Counted from the stretch's first letter, positions 48,516 to 60,280 are shown. The stretch is DNA of 64,000 nucleotides from an uncultured delta proteobacterium (GCA_963737905.1 CAVTUQ010000013.1:32001-96000), one strand, 5' to 3'. Program-made: numbers and translations. The notes: a model not told the origin generated them from the sequence alone.

Positions 48516-49616
48516 ATTGCTTCTCTAACCATCAACACACTTTCCAAAACCTTCGGCGATAGGCAGATCTTGAATGAGATTTCTTTTCAAGTCGCCGACG
48601 GTGAGTTTTGTGTTCTGCTCGGACCTTCCGGATGCGGCAAGACGACCCTCCTGCGCATTGTCGCCGGATTGGAAAGCGCCTCCAGTGGCGGCATCGATAT
48701 CGGGAGCCAACGCGTCGACTCCCAGCCGCCACGCGACCGCAATGTGGCTTTCGTATTTCAAAACTATGCCCTCTATCCTCACATGACGGTAGCCGAAAAC
48801 CTTGGATTTTCTCTTCGCCTGCACGGGATGGCGAAAAATGAAATTCAGGCGCGGGTCAGCGAAGTGGCCAGGCTCCTGGAGATCCAGGAGCAACTGCAAC
48901 ACAAGCCTCAACAACTGAGCGGCGGCCAAAGGCAACGAGTAGCGCTCGGACGGGCGATTGTGCGGCGCCCGCAGCTTTTTCTTTTCGACGAGCCGCTCTC
49001 CAATCTCGATGCCACGTTAAGAGCCAATATGCGCGTCGAGCTGGCCAAGCTGCACGAGCGTTTGGGCGCCACGATGCTTTATGTCACTCATGACCAGGCC
49101 GAAGCCCTGACCCTGGGCGAAAAGATCGTCGTTCTTCATCGCGGCGCGCTCCAGCAAATCGGCACTCCCGCCGATATCTATCACCGGCCGAGCAACCCCT
49201 TTGTTGCCGCTTTCGTTGGCCATCCGCAAATGAATCTGTTCGAGGGCCAGCTGGACGAAAGTGGCACGTCCCTGAAAATAGGAAAAATTAGCCTCGATTT
49301 GTCGAACATGCGTTTGAATAATCGCTCCGCTTATAGCGGCGCACGGGTCACCCTCGGTATCCGCCCGGAAGATTTCCATCTCTCTAGCGCAACGGATCAG
49401 TGGATTTCCGGCAGCGCCGAGTTTGTCGAAGACTTGGGTTCGGACTGCTTCGTTCATCTATCTTGTGGGGATCTGGAGCTGGTTGCGCGTTTGCCTGCGC
49501 AGCACCCAATCAAGCGCGGCGATCGGTTAACCTTGAAAATCGATCCCCAGCGCGCGCATCTTTTTCATGAAGGGCGGCGGGTCGAAGGCGTGAGCAAGGC
49601 CAGCGGGAAACTCTGA
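48516..49616 (+). CDS. Sugar ABC ATPase (MalK-type)
   Basis: GPSGCGKT, FQNYALYPH, LSGGQRQR, DEPLSNLD; frame extends upstream to ATT 48516 behind GGAGG. Confidence 0.92.
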   Translation: MASLTINTLSKTFGDRQILNEISFQVADGEFCVLLGPSGCGKTTLLRIVAGLESASSGGIDIGSQRVDSQPPRDRNVAFVFQNYALYPHMTVAENLGFSLRLHGMAKNEIQARVSEVARLLEIQEQLQHKPQQLSGGQRQRVALGRAIVRRPQLFLFDEPLSNLDATLRANMRVELAKLHERLGATMLYVTHDQAEALTLGEKIVVLHRGALQQIGTPADIYHRPSNPFVAAFVGHPQMNLFEGQLDESGTSLKIGKISLDLSNMRLNNRSAYSGARVTLGIRPEDFHLSSATDQWISGSAEFVEDLGSDCFVHLSCGDLELVARLPAQHPIKRGDRLTLKIDPQRAHLFHEGRRVEGVSKASGKL

Positions 49617-52491
49617 AAAACCTTTGCGAGAGGTAAGAGGTTTCTTCCTTCCGAAAGAATGACGCTTAGCTCTTCGCCCGTAAAGATATTCAGCCAACAT
49701 TCGGGAACGCCCTCGGGCAGCACAAGGGCACTGAAACCCCACGTTTCTTCCCCTAAGGGTGGGCGTTCTGGTTTGAGGATTGGCGTGATCAGCCGGGGCA
49801 CCGCCACCAAAGCCCCGATCTCGCCCCTCTGCCGCGCAAAGGCACAGATATGATCTCTGGCACCGTCAGAAGTATCGATCGGGAGATAACTTCCTTCTTC
49901 AAACAGCGGCCTTTGGGAGCGGCGAAAACTCAAACCCTTGTAAGTCACGTAGAGCTTGATCCTGCCGTCCACCCAACGCGTAAGCAGATCTTGAATAAGC
50001 GAAGCACGGTCTTCTTTCTCTCGCTGCTTTAGCTCTTCGAGGAGCTTTATCCGTTTGTCGAAATCCACTGGCCGGCGGTTGTCGGGATCCACCAGGCTAA
50101 AATCCCAGAATTCTGTCCCTTGGTAGAAATCCGGGACCCCAGGCGAAGCGATCTTTAGAAGCGTTTGCGAGAGAGAGTTCAACATGCCCGGGTAAGCGAC
50201 CCTTCGATGAAAGGACATGAAGTCGCTCATAAAGCTATTCTCCGGGTCGGCAACCAGGACTTCCTTGACGAACTTGCTCACCGCGCGATCGTAGGCCTCG
50301 TTCGGGTTGACCCAGCTGGTGTGGACTTTGGCTTCCTTGATGGCTTTCTGCATATACGCGCCCATGCGCTCGCGAAAATCGGCAAACTCCTCGGGGCCAT
50401 ACGATGCAGCCGGCCATGCACCTACCAGGGTCTGATAAAACAGGTATTCATCGTTATTGTCGGGTGCAAGGTCGGCACCTACTTGAGATTTTTTGTCGGC
50501 GTTGAGCCTGCTCCAACGTTCCAGGGCTGCGCCCCATTCCGCAGGGATCTCAGACAGCACGTTAATACGTGCCCGCACGTCTTCGCTGCGCTTGGTATCG
50601 TGGGTGGAGGTCGTGAGCATCGAGTGCGGCCAATGCCGTTGGCGGTTGGCGTTCTCGCGATGAAACGCTTCCACCGACAGCCCGAACTGCTCGGGATCAC
50701 CCCCCACTTCGTTCAACGAGGTCAAGCGATTAAATGCGTAGAATGCCGTGTCCTCCACAGCCTTGGCCATCACCGGTCCCGTAAGTTGTTGAAGCTCTAA
50801 TACAAAGTCGATCACCTGCGGCCGGTCCTCGGCGCGGAAATGTCGCAGGTTTCTAAGCAGCAGCGTGTCCTGAATGAAAGTCGAAGAGCGCCCGTGCCGT
50901 CCGAGGGTTCCGCCTCTTGGCCTCTTCCACAGCGGCCTCGATATATTTCTGGTCTCTTTCTAACACCGTGGCCGTGGTCGCATTATTGTAAGTCCGATAA
51001 ACGGAAAGACAGGCGATGACCTCGCGAATAGCAAACGTGAGGCTATTGAGAGTGAAGTCTCGATAGTGACGGTTCCTCTCGGAGATGCGATCGAGTTGAT
51101 GGCTCAGGGAGTTGATCTCGCTGGCCAGAGAAATCAACATGATCATTTTTTTTGTCGAGTTGATCAGATTTCCAAAATCGATTTTTCTTCCGATGAACTC
51201 TCTATAGATTTTGTCAACGATATCGCAGTTGGCAGGCTCGGCGAAGATGCCGTTGACGTTATTCAAGAAGTCATAGCCGGTGGTGCCATAAACTGCCCAG
51301 TCTTCTGGCAAGGATTCTCCTTTTGAAAGAATCTTCTCGGCTACCACATATAACGGCCACGGAGGTGCCTGTACGTGGTCTGGATTCAGAGTGGCATCAT
51401 GAAGCGCCTGGGGCCGCTCAGAGCCATAGCTTTGCTGGAGCTGTTGGAAATAGGCCGCCGGGTCCCACAAACCATCCGGGTGATCCACACGCAGGCCGGT
51501 GGCTTTTCCCTCCCGAAGAAGCCGCAAGATGAGCTGGTGCGTCGCTTGGAAAACCTCGGGCAACTCCATGCGGATCGCCGCCAGTTCATTGATGTCGAAA
51601 AACCGCCGGTAGTTGATCTCCTCACCGGCGACCCGCCAGAAAGCCAGCCGATAGGGCTGCGCTTCGATTAGTCTATCCAACCGATCAAAGCTCTGGGGCT
51701 CGCCCGCCGTGCCATTGAACTCCCGCAGGGTGGTGTCAATGGCGCTTCTCACTAAAGGGCTGGCTTGGACGAGCGAGGCGATGCGCCGTTTGATAACCTC
51801 TTTTTCCCGGTTACGTTCTTCGCGCTTTTCCGGGTCCGACTCGGTGCGCTCCGGAAGGTAGCTTATGGCAGTCAGGATGCTCTGGAGCTCCTGCAGCGAC
51901 TCATTGTCCTTTCCCAGGGTTTCCGCCAAGCGGTCGAGCCGATATTCAAGGATGCTGCTATAGCTGCCGGGCGCCAACGGGAGCTTAGTGTCGTAATAGT
52001 AGATGAAAAAGGCTCCGTCCTCGTAAGCAAGCCTTAGTTTGCCATCTTCCAACACGTTGCCGTATTGGTCCTCCAGGATAGGGAGCAATACCTTGTTCTC
52101 CAGCTGCGGATTCACCGGGTGCCAGTCGATGTCGAAATAGGACGCGTAACTCGAGCTGGGGCCGTTCTCGAGCACATCCATCCACCAGGCATTGCAGGTT
52201 TGGCCGATGACCATGTGATTGGGCACTATGTCGAGAATAAGCCCCAGGCCGTGCTTGCTTAAGGTTGAGGTGAAGGCCTCGAAGTCTTCCTCACTGCCGA
52301 GCACAGGGTTCAACTGGCTGTGATCGCAGACGTCATAGCCGCTATCGCTATTGGCTGGCGTCTTGAGCAAGGGCGACGCATAGCAGTCGCTGACTCCCAA
52401 GATCATGGAGGTAGGGCACGATGGCCGTGGCATCGGGGAACCTGAAAGCGCGGTTGAACTGAAGCCGGTACGTGGCCGTCGGGATGCGCAT
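49565..52491 (-). CDS. treY: Malto-oligosyltrehalose synthase, with frameshifts near 52400 and 50880
   Basis: [67 protein letters not shown]. Confidence 0.92.
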
Positions 52492-52581
52492 AGGATTTTT
52501 TCTATCAGGTTGAAAGCCTGCTCGCCAGCATCGGGAGGGCCGACTAGCAACTCGAGGTCCAAAACGCTAAACTGCTTTTAC

Positions 52582-52931
52582 GGGGGCGATGTGGTTTCGA
52601 CGGGGGTGGGAAGTCAAAGTGGCATGCCGGGGTTCTGTTATCCCGTTAAACAAACAGATCTGCAATTTAAACGCAGATAATTTTGAATACGCCCTAGCTG
52701 CCTAATCGCAGTTAGCGTCTTACCGGCTTTCTCCCACGGGGTTGGATAAGACGTCATTTAGTGGGATTGGCTGATTCCTCTGCCGGAGGGGATGAGGCTG
52801 AAATCCAAACCGGCTGGCTCCGAGAGACCTTGCCGCTGGGGGCTCAAGGAGCGAGATCAAAGCATCGGCTAAGCATGTAGTCATATTTGGCGGAAGACCT
52901 TCGGACGGGGGTTCGATTCCCCCCGCCTCCA
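52582..52931 (+). ncRNA. ssrA: tmRNA; tag peptide (A)ADNFEYALAA at 52673-52705
   Basis: 5' GGGGGCGA...GGTTTCGAC; 3' GACGGGGGTTCGATTCCCCCCGCCTCCA; tag ORF ending ALAA-stop. Confidence 0.96.
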
Positions 52932-53342
52932 GTTATCCTAAACCATTTATTTTACTAAAGATTTTCGTCCAGTGGCGAGACCACTCTTCTCTTCACTAGA
53001 AAAGTCTTCGTCCAGCGTCGGACGATCAAAGGACTATCCTCTAGGTTGGAGTTTGCCAAAGAATTTTGGCTCGCTCCAAACGAGGCAAGAAAGACTAAGT
53101 GCTAGACTGGCTTCCTCGCCGGGATCGCTTTTATTAAGTCTAAAGCGTAGCATCTCCGCGGGACCAGAATTCTCAGTTAAAGACTAGAGCGGCAGCGCCG
53201 AATCGGAATTGCCGGGGAAGTCAGCACTTCAATCTATGCGCTGACTACCAGTCGTAAGATGAGTTCCAAGGTGCTAAAATAATTTTTTTTTCGGCGAAAC
53301 ACTTAAGAATGAAAGAACGCTACTCCTCGACAGGAGGCCAGC

Positions 53343-53594
53343 ATGCCGAGAGTGACATTAGAGTTACCCGAAGAGGTCTTTTCAGCCTTGCGGCGCTCGC
53401 CGGAGGAGTTTGCGCGCGATCTACGACTCGCGGCCGCTATCCACTGGTACGAGCGAGGAGAGGTCTCCCAGGAAAGGGCTGCCCGTATCGCAGGTATGGA
53501 CCGGACTGACTTTCTCGCTGCGTTGGCCCGTGAGGGGGCGAACGCCTTTGTCGTGGACTTCGACGATTTGAAACGGGAGCTTGAGCGTGGCTGA
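53343..53594 (+). CDS. UPF0175-family antitoxin
   Basis: LRLAAAIHWYERGEVSQERAARIAGMDR.DF; overlaps the PIN gene. Confidence 0.85.
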   Translation: MPRVTLELPEEVFSALRRSPEEFARDLRLAAAIHWYERGEVSQERAARIAGMDRTDFLAALAREGANAFVVDFDDLKRELERG

Positions 53595-54072
53595 GCGGCC
53601 CGCTGTGAACGCCTCTCCTCTGATCTTTTTATCCCGAGCCAGCCTGCTTAATCTGCTCAGATTGGAAGCGAACGAGATCGTTGTTCCCGAAACCGTTGCG
53701 GAAGAGATTCGACGGAGAGGGAGTGACGATCCTGCTGCTCAGGCACTTGAAAAGACCGCGTGGCTCAAAGTTATCCAAGCGCCCCAGATCCCGGACATCA
53801 TACGGGCATGGGATCTCGGTGAGGGTGAGGCATCGGTTCTAGCGTGGGGATACGCTAATGCGGGAACAGTGGTCATCGTAGACGATCTCGCTGCTCGCCG
53901 ATGTGGCGCGACGCTTGGAATTCCTGTTCGAGGGACACTCGGTCTCATCTTGACTGCAAAGAAAAGAGGTGTGATTCCTCAAGCCCGACCTGTGCTTGAA
54001 AACCTGCGGCGGTCCGGCATATATCTGTCCGACCGTATCCTCGACAAAGCCATTAAGTTGGTTGACGAGTGA
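53581..54072 (+). CDS. DUF3368-type PIN-domain toxin
   Basis: VNASPLIFL, DLGEGEASV, VDDLAARR, GTLGLI. Confidence 0.85.
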   Translation: MSVAERPAVNASPLIFLSRASLLNLLRLEANEIVVPETVAEEIRRRGSDDPAAQALEKTAWLKVIQAPQIPDIIRAWDLGEGEASVLAWGYANAGTVVIVDDLAARRCGATLGIPVRGTLGLILTAKKRGVIPQARPVLENLRRSGIYLSDRILDKAIKLVDE

Positions 54073-54384
54073 AAAACGCCTGGAAGCTTCTCTGCGTCAC
54101 CGACAACAGACTCGTCCGCTAAACAACCTGCTAACAAAACCAACGGGGCTCGTATGAGGCGGCTTCTGCATCCAGTCCAGCGGAACGACGGGGGAGCACA
54201 CTCACCGCTGGCGCTCCCACCCTTAATCTTGGCCGCAGCAACTTCTATCACTAATAGTTTCCTTGATCCCGCTTCGAGTGGGGTAAGGGGGGTTTAGGCA
54301 TGTTGCGTCAAGGCTTACAGCGCAATAGGATCAATGTCGCTCTCTAAGCAAACCTGCGGATCGCCTTCGCGTGGCTGTCGTGGA

Positions 54385-56876
54385 ATGGACTTGCCGGAAA
54401 AAAAGATGATGCGCGAGTTAGAGAAAGCTATCGAAGAGATAGAGAGACTGCGTCAGGAGAATAGCCAGCTTAGAAAAAAGCTAGGAATAGAAGTCTCTGA
54501 AGCGAAGGGCGGATTACAATCAATCAGCGGCTAAGCTTCTCTCAGCGCCCGACGCTAGAGTTGAGAGAAACTCAGGAAGCCAGGAGCTACGGAGGAACAC
54601 GGGCTCTCGACTTTTGCAGGAACTCGCCGAATCGATTCCAATGTTTCGGCTCAAGAAAAGATAAAGTTGTTTCGGGCGCTCTTCAGGGGCAGAGAGGATA
54701 ACTATGCAGTATTCTGGTTTAATGAACGAACTGGAAAGAAGGGATACTCGCCAGCTTGCGAGGATCCATGGAGTTCAAGGAAAGGAAAGCCAAAGAAATA
54801 TCTTCCTTTGACGGATGAAGTTATTCTTAGCCATCTGACGTGGAGAGAAAATCATCGGTGTTTATCCGTTGCTTAAAGATGATACCTGCTGGTTCTTAGC
54901 TTGTGATTTCGACAAGGAAGGTTGGACACTTGATGCTTTGGCCTTTCTGAATATCTGCAAAGAGTACGGAGTGCCAGCCTATCTGGAACGATCGCGGTCC
55001 GGAAATGGCGGTCACGTTTGGATCTTTTTTTCCGTGCCTGTGCCTGCCACCTCAGCCAGGCAGCTCGGGATACGCCTTCTTAAGGAAACCATGGTGCTTC
55101 GCGCGGAGATGGATCTCGCCAGCTACGACCGTTTTTTTCCCAGCCAAGATTTTTTGCCACGAGCGGGGTTTGGTAATCTCATCGCCTTGCCATTGCAGAA
55201 GAAATCTCGTGCTTTGGGAAATACAGAGTTCTTAAATCCTGGTGGGCCTGAACTCCGTCCCTGGCCGGACCAGTGGGCCTTCTTAAGTCAGATCAAGCGG
55301 CTTGGACCCTCCCAGGTAGAAGCGCTGCTTAAAAGAGTCCCGCCAGTGTCAGTTGGACCGGGTAAACTGGGAAGCGTATCCCCGGCCATACGCGAAAGAT
55401 ACCCAGCCCCCAAGCAGATCCGCTGCAGCTCTTGGGTCCACATTGAGCATAGAAAAATCTGGGATTCCGCCATGGCTGCTCGCTCAAATTAAGCAACTCG
55501 CGTTGCTCCACAATCCGCAGTTCTATGAACGCGAGAAACTGCGTCTATCCACGTGGCGAATTCCACGATTCATTAAGTGTTACGAAGAGGACGTTAGCCA
55601 TATCCATCTGCCAAGAGGTACGGCTGGAACAGATAAAGGAAATCGTAAAGAGAGCGGGCAGTAAGGTTTCTCTGTATCGACCAGCGGCTGGCACCTGAAG
55701 AAGTTAGCCTTAAAGTTTCTAGGCTCACTGATGCCCTCACAAAGGAAGGCCATGGAGGCCATTCTTAGCCGTATGACATGGGAGTCCTGGTCGCGCCACC
55801 CGGAGCGGGCAAGACCGTCATGGGCTGCTATGCGGTTGCAGAGAGAAACGTGCCTACACTAATTCTGGCGCATCGAAAACCCATCCTGGATCAATGGCGT
55901 ACTCCAGATCGGGGAACTTTTGAGTCTTTCCTTCCCGCATTGTCGGCCAAGTGGGAGGCGGAAGAAACCGGCAAACAGGTGTCATCGATTTGGGCATGAT
56001 GCAGAGTCTCAAACGCTTTGATGACCTGGAAACCTTTTTCTCCAAATACGGATTTATCGTGGTAGATGAATGTCACCATTTACCTGCTTTCACGTTTGAA
56101 GCTTGCGTCAAGAAAGCGCCTGTCCGGTACATCTTGGGTCTCACGGCAACACCTTACCGTCGTGACGGCCTGCAGGAGATTATTACCTTGCAGTGCGGAT
56201 CAATTCGCCACACAATGGAGCCCATCGAGAACAGTTTCTCCCGAACACTTTTCGTTCGCGAAACTTCGTTTACCTATTCGAATGATGGCGACCCTCCGAT
56301 ACAAGAGATTTTTCGCAGCCTGGTCAAGGACGACGCACGGAATGAGTTGATTCGGGAGGATGTCCGCCAGGCGCTCACTGAGGGAAGGCGCTGTTTGATC
56401 CTGAGCCACTGGAAAGAACACTGTGAGCTCCTTGCAGACGGATTGCGGCAGCGCGGCAAGACTCCGTTGGTTCTGACCGGAAGCCTGGGCAAGAAAACAC
56501 GCTCTGCCATTTTAGGGTCGATTCAGGAAATGCCTTCTGACAGCGAACTCCTCGCCATAGCAACCGGCCAGTACTTGGGCGAAGGCTTTGACTGTCCCAA
56601 GTGGACACGCTCTTTCTCGCCTTCCCTCTGTCTTTCAAAGGGAAGCTTGTTCAATATGTGGGCCGAGTTTTGAGAAGCCACGAGGGCAAGAGTAGCGTGA
56701 GAGTCTACGACTATGTGGACACACAAGTGCCAATTCTGAGAAAGATGTACGCGAAACGCCAAAAGACCTACAGATCCCTTGGATTTGCTTCCGAGAAGGA
56801 CCAAGCAAAGGAGTCTTTCAAAAAGACCTCCGACACCACAGGGATTCCCACAGAACTTTTTAGCTCAGGTTCGTAA
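54385..56876 (+). pseudogene. Archaeo-eukaryotic primase (TOTE-type) fused to SF2 helicase, multiply frameshifted
   Basis: FRGRED, GYSPAC, WFLACDFDK, ERSRSGNGGHVW, GNLIALPLQ; APPGAGKT, DECHH, TATPYR, GEGFDCP, QYVGR in successive frames. Confidence 0.8.
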
Positions 56877-56957
56877 GCGAAGCCTTCTGTGAATTCAAAG
56901 AGATCTTTTTCGGTACTTCTTGCCAGGCTTTCGTCCGTCTCCCCTGGTGGCTTCAAA

Positions 56958-57215
56958 TCAAGACGCTTGGCCTAAATAGCAACCTGAAGCAACTCTGAAC
57001 GCAATACTACGCCTCCCGGCTTGTTCCCCGCTTTGTTGTATTGGCGCCACGATGCGCTGAATTTTGTCGCTTAACCGCTGAATCGTGACGGCATCTTTAT
57101 CTCTGCCGGCGAAAAACGCTAGCCATCGAGTTTCACTTCGTGGAGCCACTCTCGCCCACGGGGATATTCTGCGCGGCGAGCGCAGGCATCCGGAATGAAA
57201 ATCGTATCCGGTTTT
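56958..57215 (-). pseudogene. Relic of ATP-dependent DNA ligase (LigD-type)
   Basis: WLHEVKLDG*R, the KxDG motif followed by a TAG where Tyr is expected, then decay. Confidence 0.6.
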
Positions 57216-57324
57216 ATCTGTTTCTTTGCCAATTCTAGCGCTAAACATCCGTTGTTCACGAGGCCGATGGTTGTGTTATGGATAGCGTAAAAGTCGCTGC
57301 TTTGCTCGCAAGGAGGAAGCACAC

Positions 57325-58485
57325 ATGCGCCAACGTTTTAAGATTTTTGATTCGGATACGCACCTCAGTCCAAATGCGGAAACCCTGGAGCCCTATTTCG
57401 ATGCCAATATGCGCAAGCGGCTGCCAGAGTGGGAGAACTGTAAAGTTCCGTTTCGTGTAGGCTGGGCCGGCGAGACTTTGGAACCGCCATATCGTCACCG
57501 CTATCAGTTTACGAAAAGATCCGGCTGGCGTGAGAAACTGCGGATTTTAGGCGAAGCGGGTCCGAGGGAACAGGTTGAGCGGCCTCACCCGAAATTTATG
57601 GGTAGCCGCTTTCCGACACCGGGCGGCTCCGATGACAATGTCGAAGCGCGCATTCGAGATATGGATGAAGAAGGAGTAGATGTTCAGCTCATGCTTCCTG
57701 GAACGCCTCCGGCTTCGGACGACGTTGAGATTGAGATTGGATTTATTCGCGCGAATCACCGCTTTACGAACGACTTTTGCAGTAAGTATCCACATCGGCT
57801 CAAATCTCTCATCGTGGTGAGCAATAAAGCGATTGACGTATCAGTGGAAGAAATCAAAACATGGGCGAGCGCGCCATGGGCCGCCGGGATCTATCCTCAC
57901 TTGGATGAAGGAGTTCCCATCGATCACCCCGATCTGGAGCCGATCTGGGCCGCGGCGAACGAAGCAGGACTCTGTGTCGCGCATCACAGTTTTACCCAAG
58001 GTTATCCTGGCCACCGCGACCTCTGGGACAACCCGTTCATTGGCCGGACTGCCTCGCACCCGTGGGGTGCGATGAGAGCCATGACAGCATTCTTCGGCGC
58101 CGGTATCATGGATCGATACCCGAATATTCGCTACTGCATCCTCGAGTCCGGCTTTGGCTGGCTGCCGTTTTGGGGAGCGCGTATGGACGATCAAAGCGAC
58201 TACATCTCTTACGCACTGCCGCAGAATCTGGCTCACAAACCTAGCGAGTACATGACCAGCGGGCGCTTTTTCGCCAGCCTGGTGATCCATGAAGGGGAGA
58301 AGATGGCCAAAATGGTCACCGACTTTCTCGGCGACGGCTTGCTAATGTATTCGTCCGATTACCCCCACGCTGAATCCCGCTTTCCCGAGTCCACCGACAA
58401 GGTACTGGCGTGGAAATCTCTGGGCGATGACGTCATGCGAAAAATGCTCTGGGACAACGCGACGAGATGCTTCGGAGAGCCCTAG
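57325..58485 (+). CDS. Amidohydrolase family 2 protein
   Basis: DSDTH, DMDEEGVD, LESGFGWLP, YSSDYPHAE, LWDNA. Confidence 0.88.
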   Translation: MRQRFKIFDSDTHLSPNAETLEPYFDANMRKRLPEWENCKVPFRVGWAGETLEPPYRHRYQFTKRSGWREKLRILGEAGPREQVERPHPKFMGSRFPTPGGSDDNVEARIRDMDEEGVDVQLMLPGTPPASDDVEIEIGFIRANHRFTNDFCSKYPHRLKSLIVVSNKAIDVSVEEIKTWASAPWAAGIYPHLDEGVPIDHPDLEPIWAAANEAGLCVAHHSFTQGYPGHRDLWDNPFIGRTASHPWGAMRAMTAFFGAGIMDRYPNIRYCILESGFGWLPFWGARMDDQSDYISYALPQNLAHKPSEYMTSGRFFASLVIHEGEKMAKMVTDFLGDGLLMYSSDYPHAESRFPESTDKVLAWKSLGDDVMRKMLWDNATRCFGEP

Positions 58486-58599
58486 AAGGGTTTCGGAACG
58501 AAACCGCCGTTCCAGGTTCAATGTTCAAGGGTTCAAGTAGGAGAGCGCATTTCAGTTATCAGATTTTGGTTCATCGTTCAGTTCGAACCGGGGGATGTT

Positions 58600-59637
58600 A
58601 TGGGAGAGATTCTTGGTATTGGTTGTAGTCACGGGCCGGGAATTACGGGGCCGCTGACGCGTCTAACGGATATTTACTTGCGCCGCAATTTGCAAAGCGA
58701 ACTTACCCCGGTTCATATGAAGGATCCAAAGAATTGGCCGAGAAAGATGCAGGAGGAGTGGGACGGCGATGAAGGGTTAGCTTTCGCTGCGGAGTACCAA
58801 CGCATACTACAGCCGGCCTATCGAAAGGCCCGTGAGTGCATCGATGAATTCAAGCCAGATTTTGTTCTCATTTTTGGTGACGACCAGTATGAGGTTTTCA
58901 AAGAAGACTGTATTCCACCCTTCGCTGTCTTTGCTATCGATAACATTCCAATGAAAGATTCGCCTGACTATAAAGACGAGAGTGCGAGCATCAAGGGAAG
59001 TAAGCAGATCGGTAATTATTTGGTCCATGGGTTGGTGACAAAGGGATTCGACGTGGCTTGCTGCTGGCGTCTGCGCAATCAAGAGAAATACGGGCATGCC
59101 TTCACGACAACGATTCAGTACTTGGACCTGGAGAAGAGAGGCTTTGACTACCCAATTATTCCGCTGACTGTAAATTGTTATGGACGCGATCTGCGTGTCC
59201 CCAATGATCAGTATCCAGTCACGAAGTTGATGGGTCGGCGTTTAGAAAACGTTTCTGTGCCGCCACCTCCCTCGCCACCACCCTGGCGTTGCTATGATCT
59301 TGGTAAGGCCGTCACGGAAATTATCAAACAAAGTCCCTGGCGCGCGGTTGTTATCGGCTCGTCCAGCTGGTCACATGCGTCGCTCACAACGAAGAACTAT
59401 TATTTATGGCCAGACGTAGAAACAGACCGCCAGCGATTTGCAGAACTGAAAAGCGGTGAGCACCGGAAGTGGCGGGGGTTGGACGCAGAGTTGATCCGAG
59501 ACGCCGGTCAACACGAGTTCTTAAATTGGATTTGCTTGGCTGGTGCCATGGATGACCGCAAGGCCGAAATCCTGGCTTGGGCAGAGTGCTACATCTTCAA
59601 CTCGAGCAAATGCGTGTGCCTTTTTCGCCCTACCTGA
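58600..59637 (+). CDS. LigB-family (class III) extradiol ring-cleavage dioxygenase
   Basis: GIGCSHGP, FGDDQYE, GHAF, SSSWSH, GQHEFLNW. Confidence 0.8.
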   Translation: MGEILGIGCSHGPGITGPLTRLTDIYLRRNLQSELTPVHMKDPKNWPRKMQEEWDGDEGLAFAAEYQRILQPAYRKARECIDEFKPDFVLIFGDDQYEVFKEDCIPPFAVFAIDNIPMKDSPDYKDESASIKGSKQIGNYLVHGLVTKGFDVACCWRLRNQEKYGHAFTTTIQYLDLEKRGFDYPIIPLTVNCYGRDLRVPNDQYPVTKLMGRRLENVSVPPPPSPPPWRCYDLGKAVTEIIKQSPWRAVVIGSSSWSHASLTTKNYYLWPDVETDRQRFAELKSGEHRKWRGLDAELIRDAGQHEFLNWICLAGAMDDRKAEILAWAECYIFNSSKCVCLFRPT

Positions 59638-60052
59638 TGTGAACACTGAGCGATGGTGTTCGGCGGCTTAGTGGGTTGCCGTGAGGCGTGTACGAGAGGT
59701 CGAACTTCTCGGCGAGCGCGGCAAGTCGAGGATCCGCGGTCCAGAGCCGGTATCGACCGACGATAGCCGAGGCCAGCAAGTGGACATCAATCCATCCGGC
59801 CCCTTGACCATGCAGACGGCGCTCCCGTACGAAGGCGACGACATCTCCATGCGGAACCGGGGTTGCCTGGTGCATCTGCTCGTAAGCATCGAGCAGCTTT
59901 CTACGACCGCCTTTGTCACCGATAAGTAGTTCACCAAAAACGAGTTCGTGGCCAGCTACTTCGTCCCTCTCCAGCAGAGAATCGAGTTCGGTGGCGTAGG
60001 GTTCACGACCCCTGAGGAAGCGAATCCACACCGACGTGTCGACAAGCACCAT
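59630..60052 (-). CDS. vapC: VapC PIN toxin
   Basis: VLVDTSVW, VFGEL, GWIDVHLLAS, LWTAD. Confidence 0.9.
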   Translation of the reverse strand: MVLVDTSVWIRFLRGREPYATELDSLLERDEVAGHELVFGELLIGDKGGRRKLLDAYEQMHQATPVPHGDVVAFVRERRLHGQGAGWIDVHLLASAIVGRYRLWTADPRLAALAEKFDLSYTPHGNPLSRRTPSLSVHIR

Positions 60053-60267
60053 CAGGCAGCGCGGCGCTTGCGGGCGGCGGATTCACGGCGTCTCGGAATG
60101 TCCTTGGCCTTCGGCTCCGAGCCCCTCAGGGCACGTAGGCGCTCATACGCAGCATGACGGACCAGAGCCTCGAGGCCGAGGCGGACCGTGTCCGTGTCTG
60201 TCCCTGCGCCAGACGCGAGCTTCGCCTCGCTAAGAAGCTTTTCATCGATGTGCAGGGTCTTTTTCAT
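60052..60267 (-). CDS. vapB: VapB antitoxin
   Basis: MKKTLHIDEKLL...TDTVRLGLEAL; coupled to vapC. Confidence 0.85.
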   Translation of the reverse strand: MKKTLHIDEKLLSEAKLASGAGTDTDTVRLGLEALVRHAAYERLRALRGSEPKAKDIPRRRESAARKRRAA

Positions 60268-60280
60268 ACAGATGATAATG

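Noticed and set aside
50853-52562. treY as two genes or a programmed frameshift
   Set aside because: Single extra bases in short G and T runs explain both breaks; no slippery site with stimulator seen.
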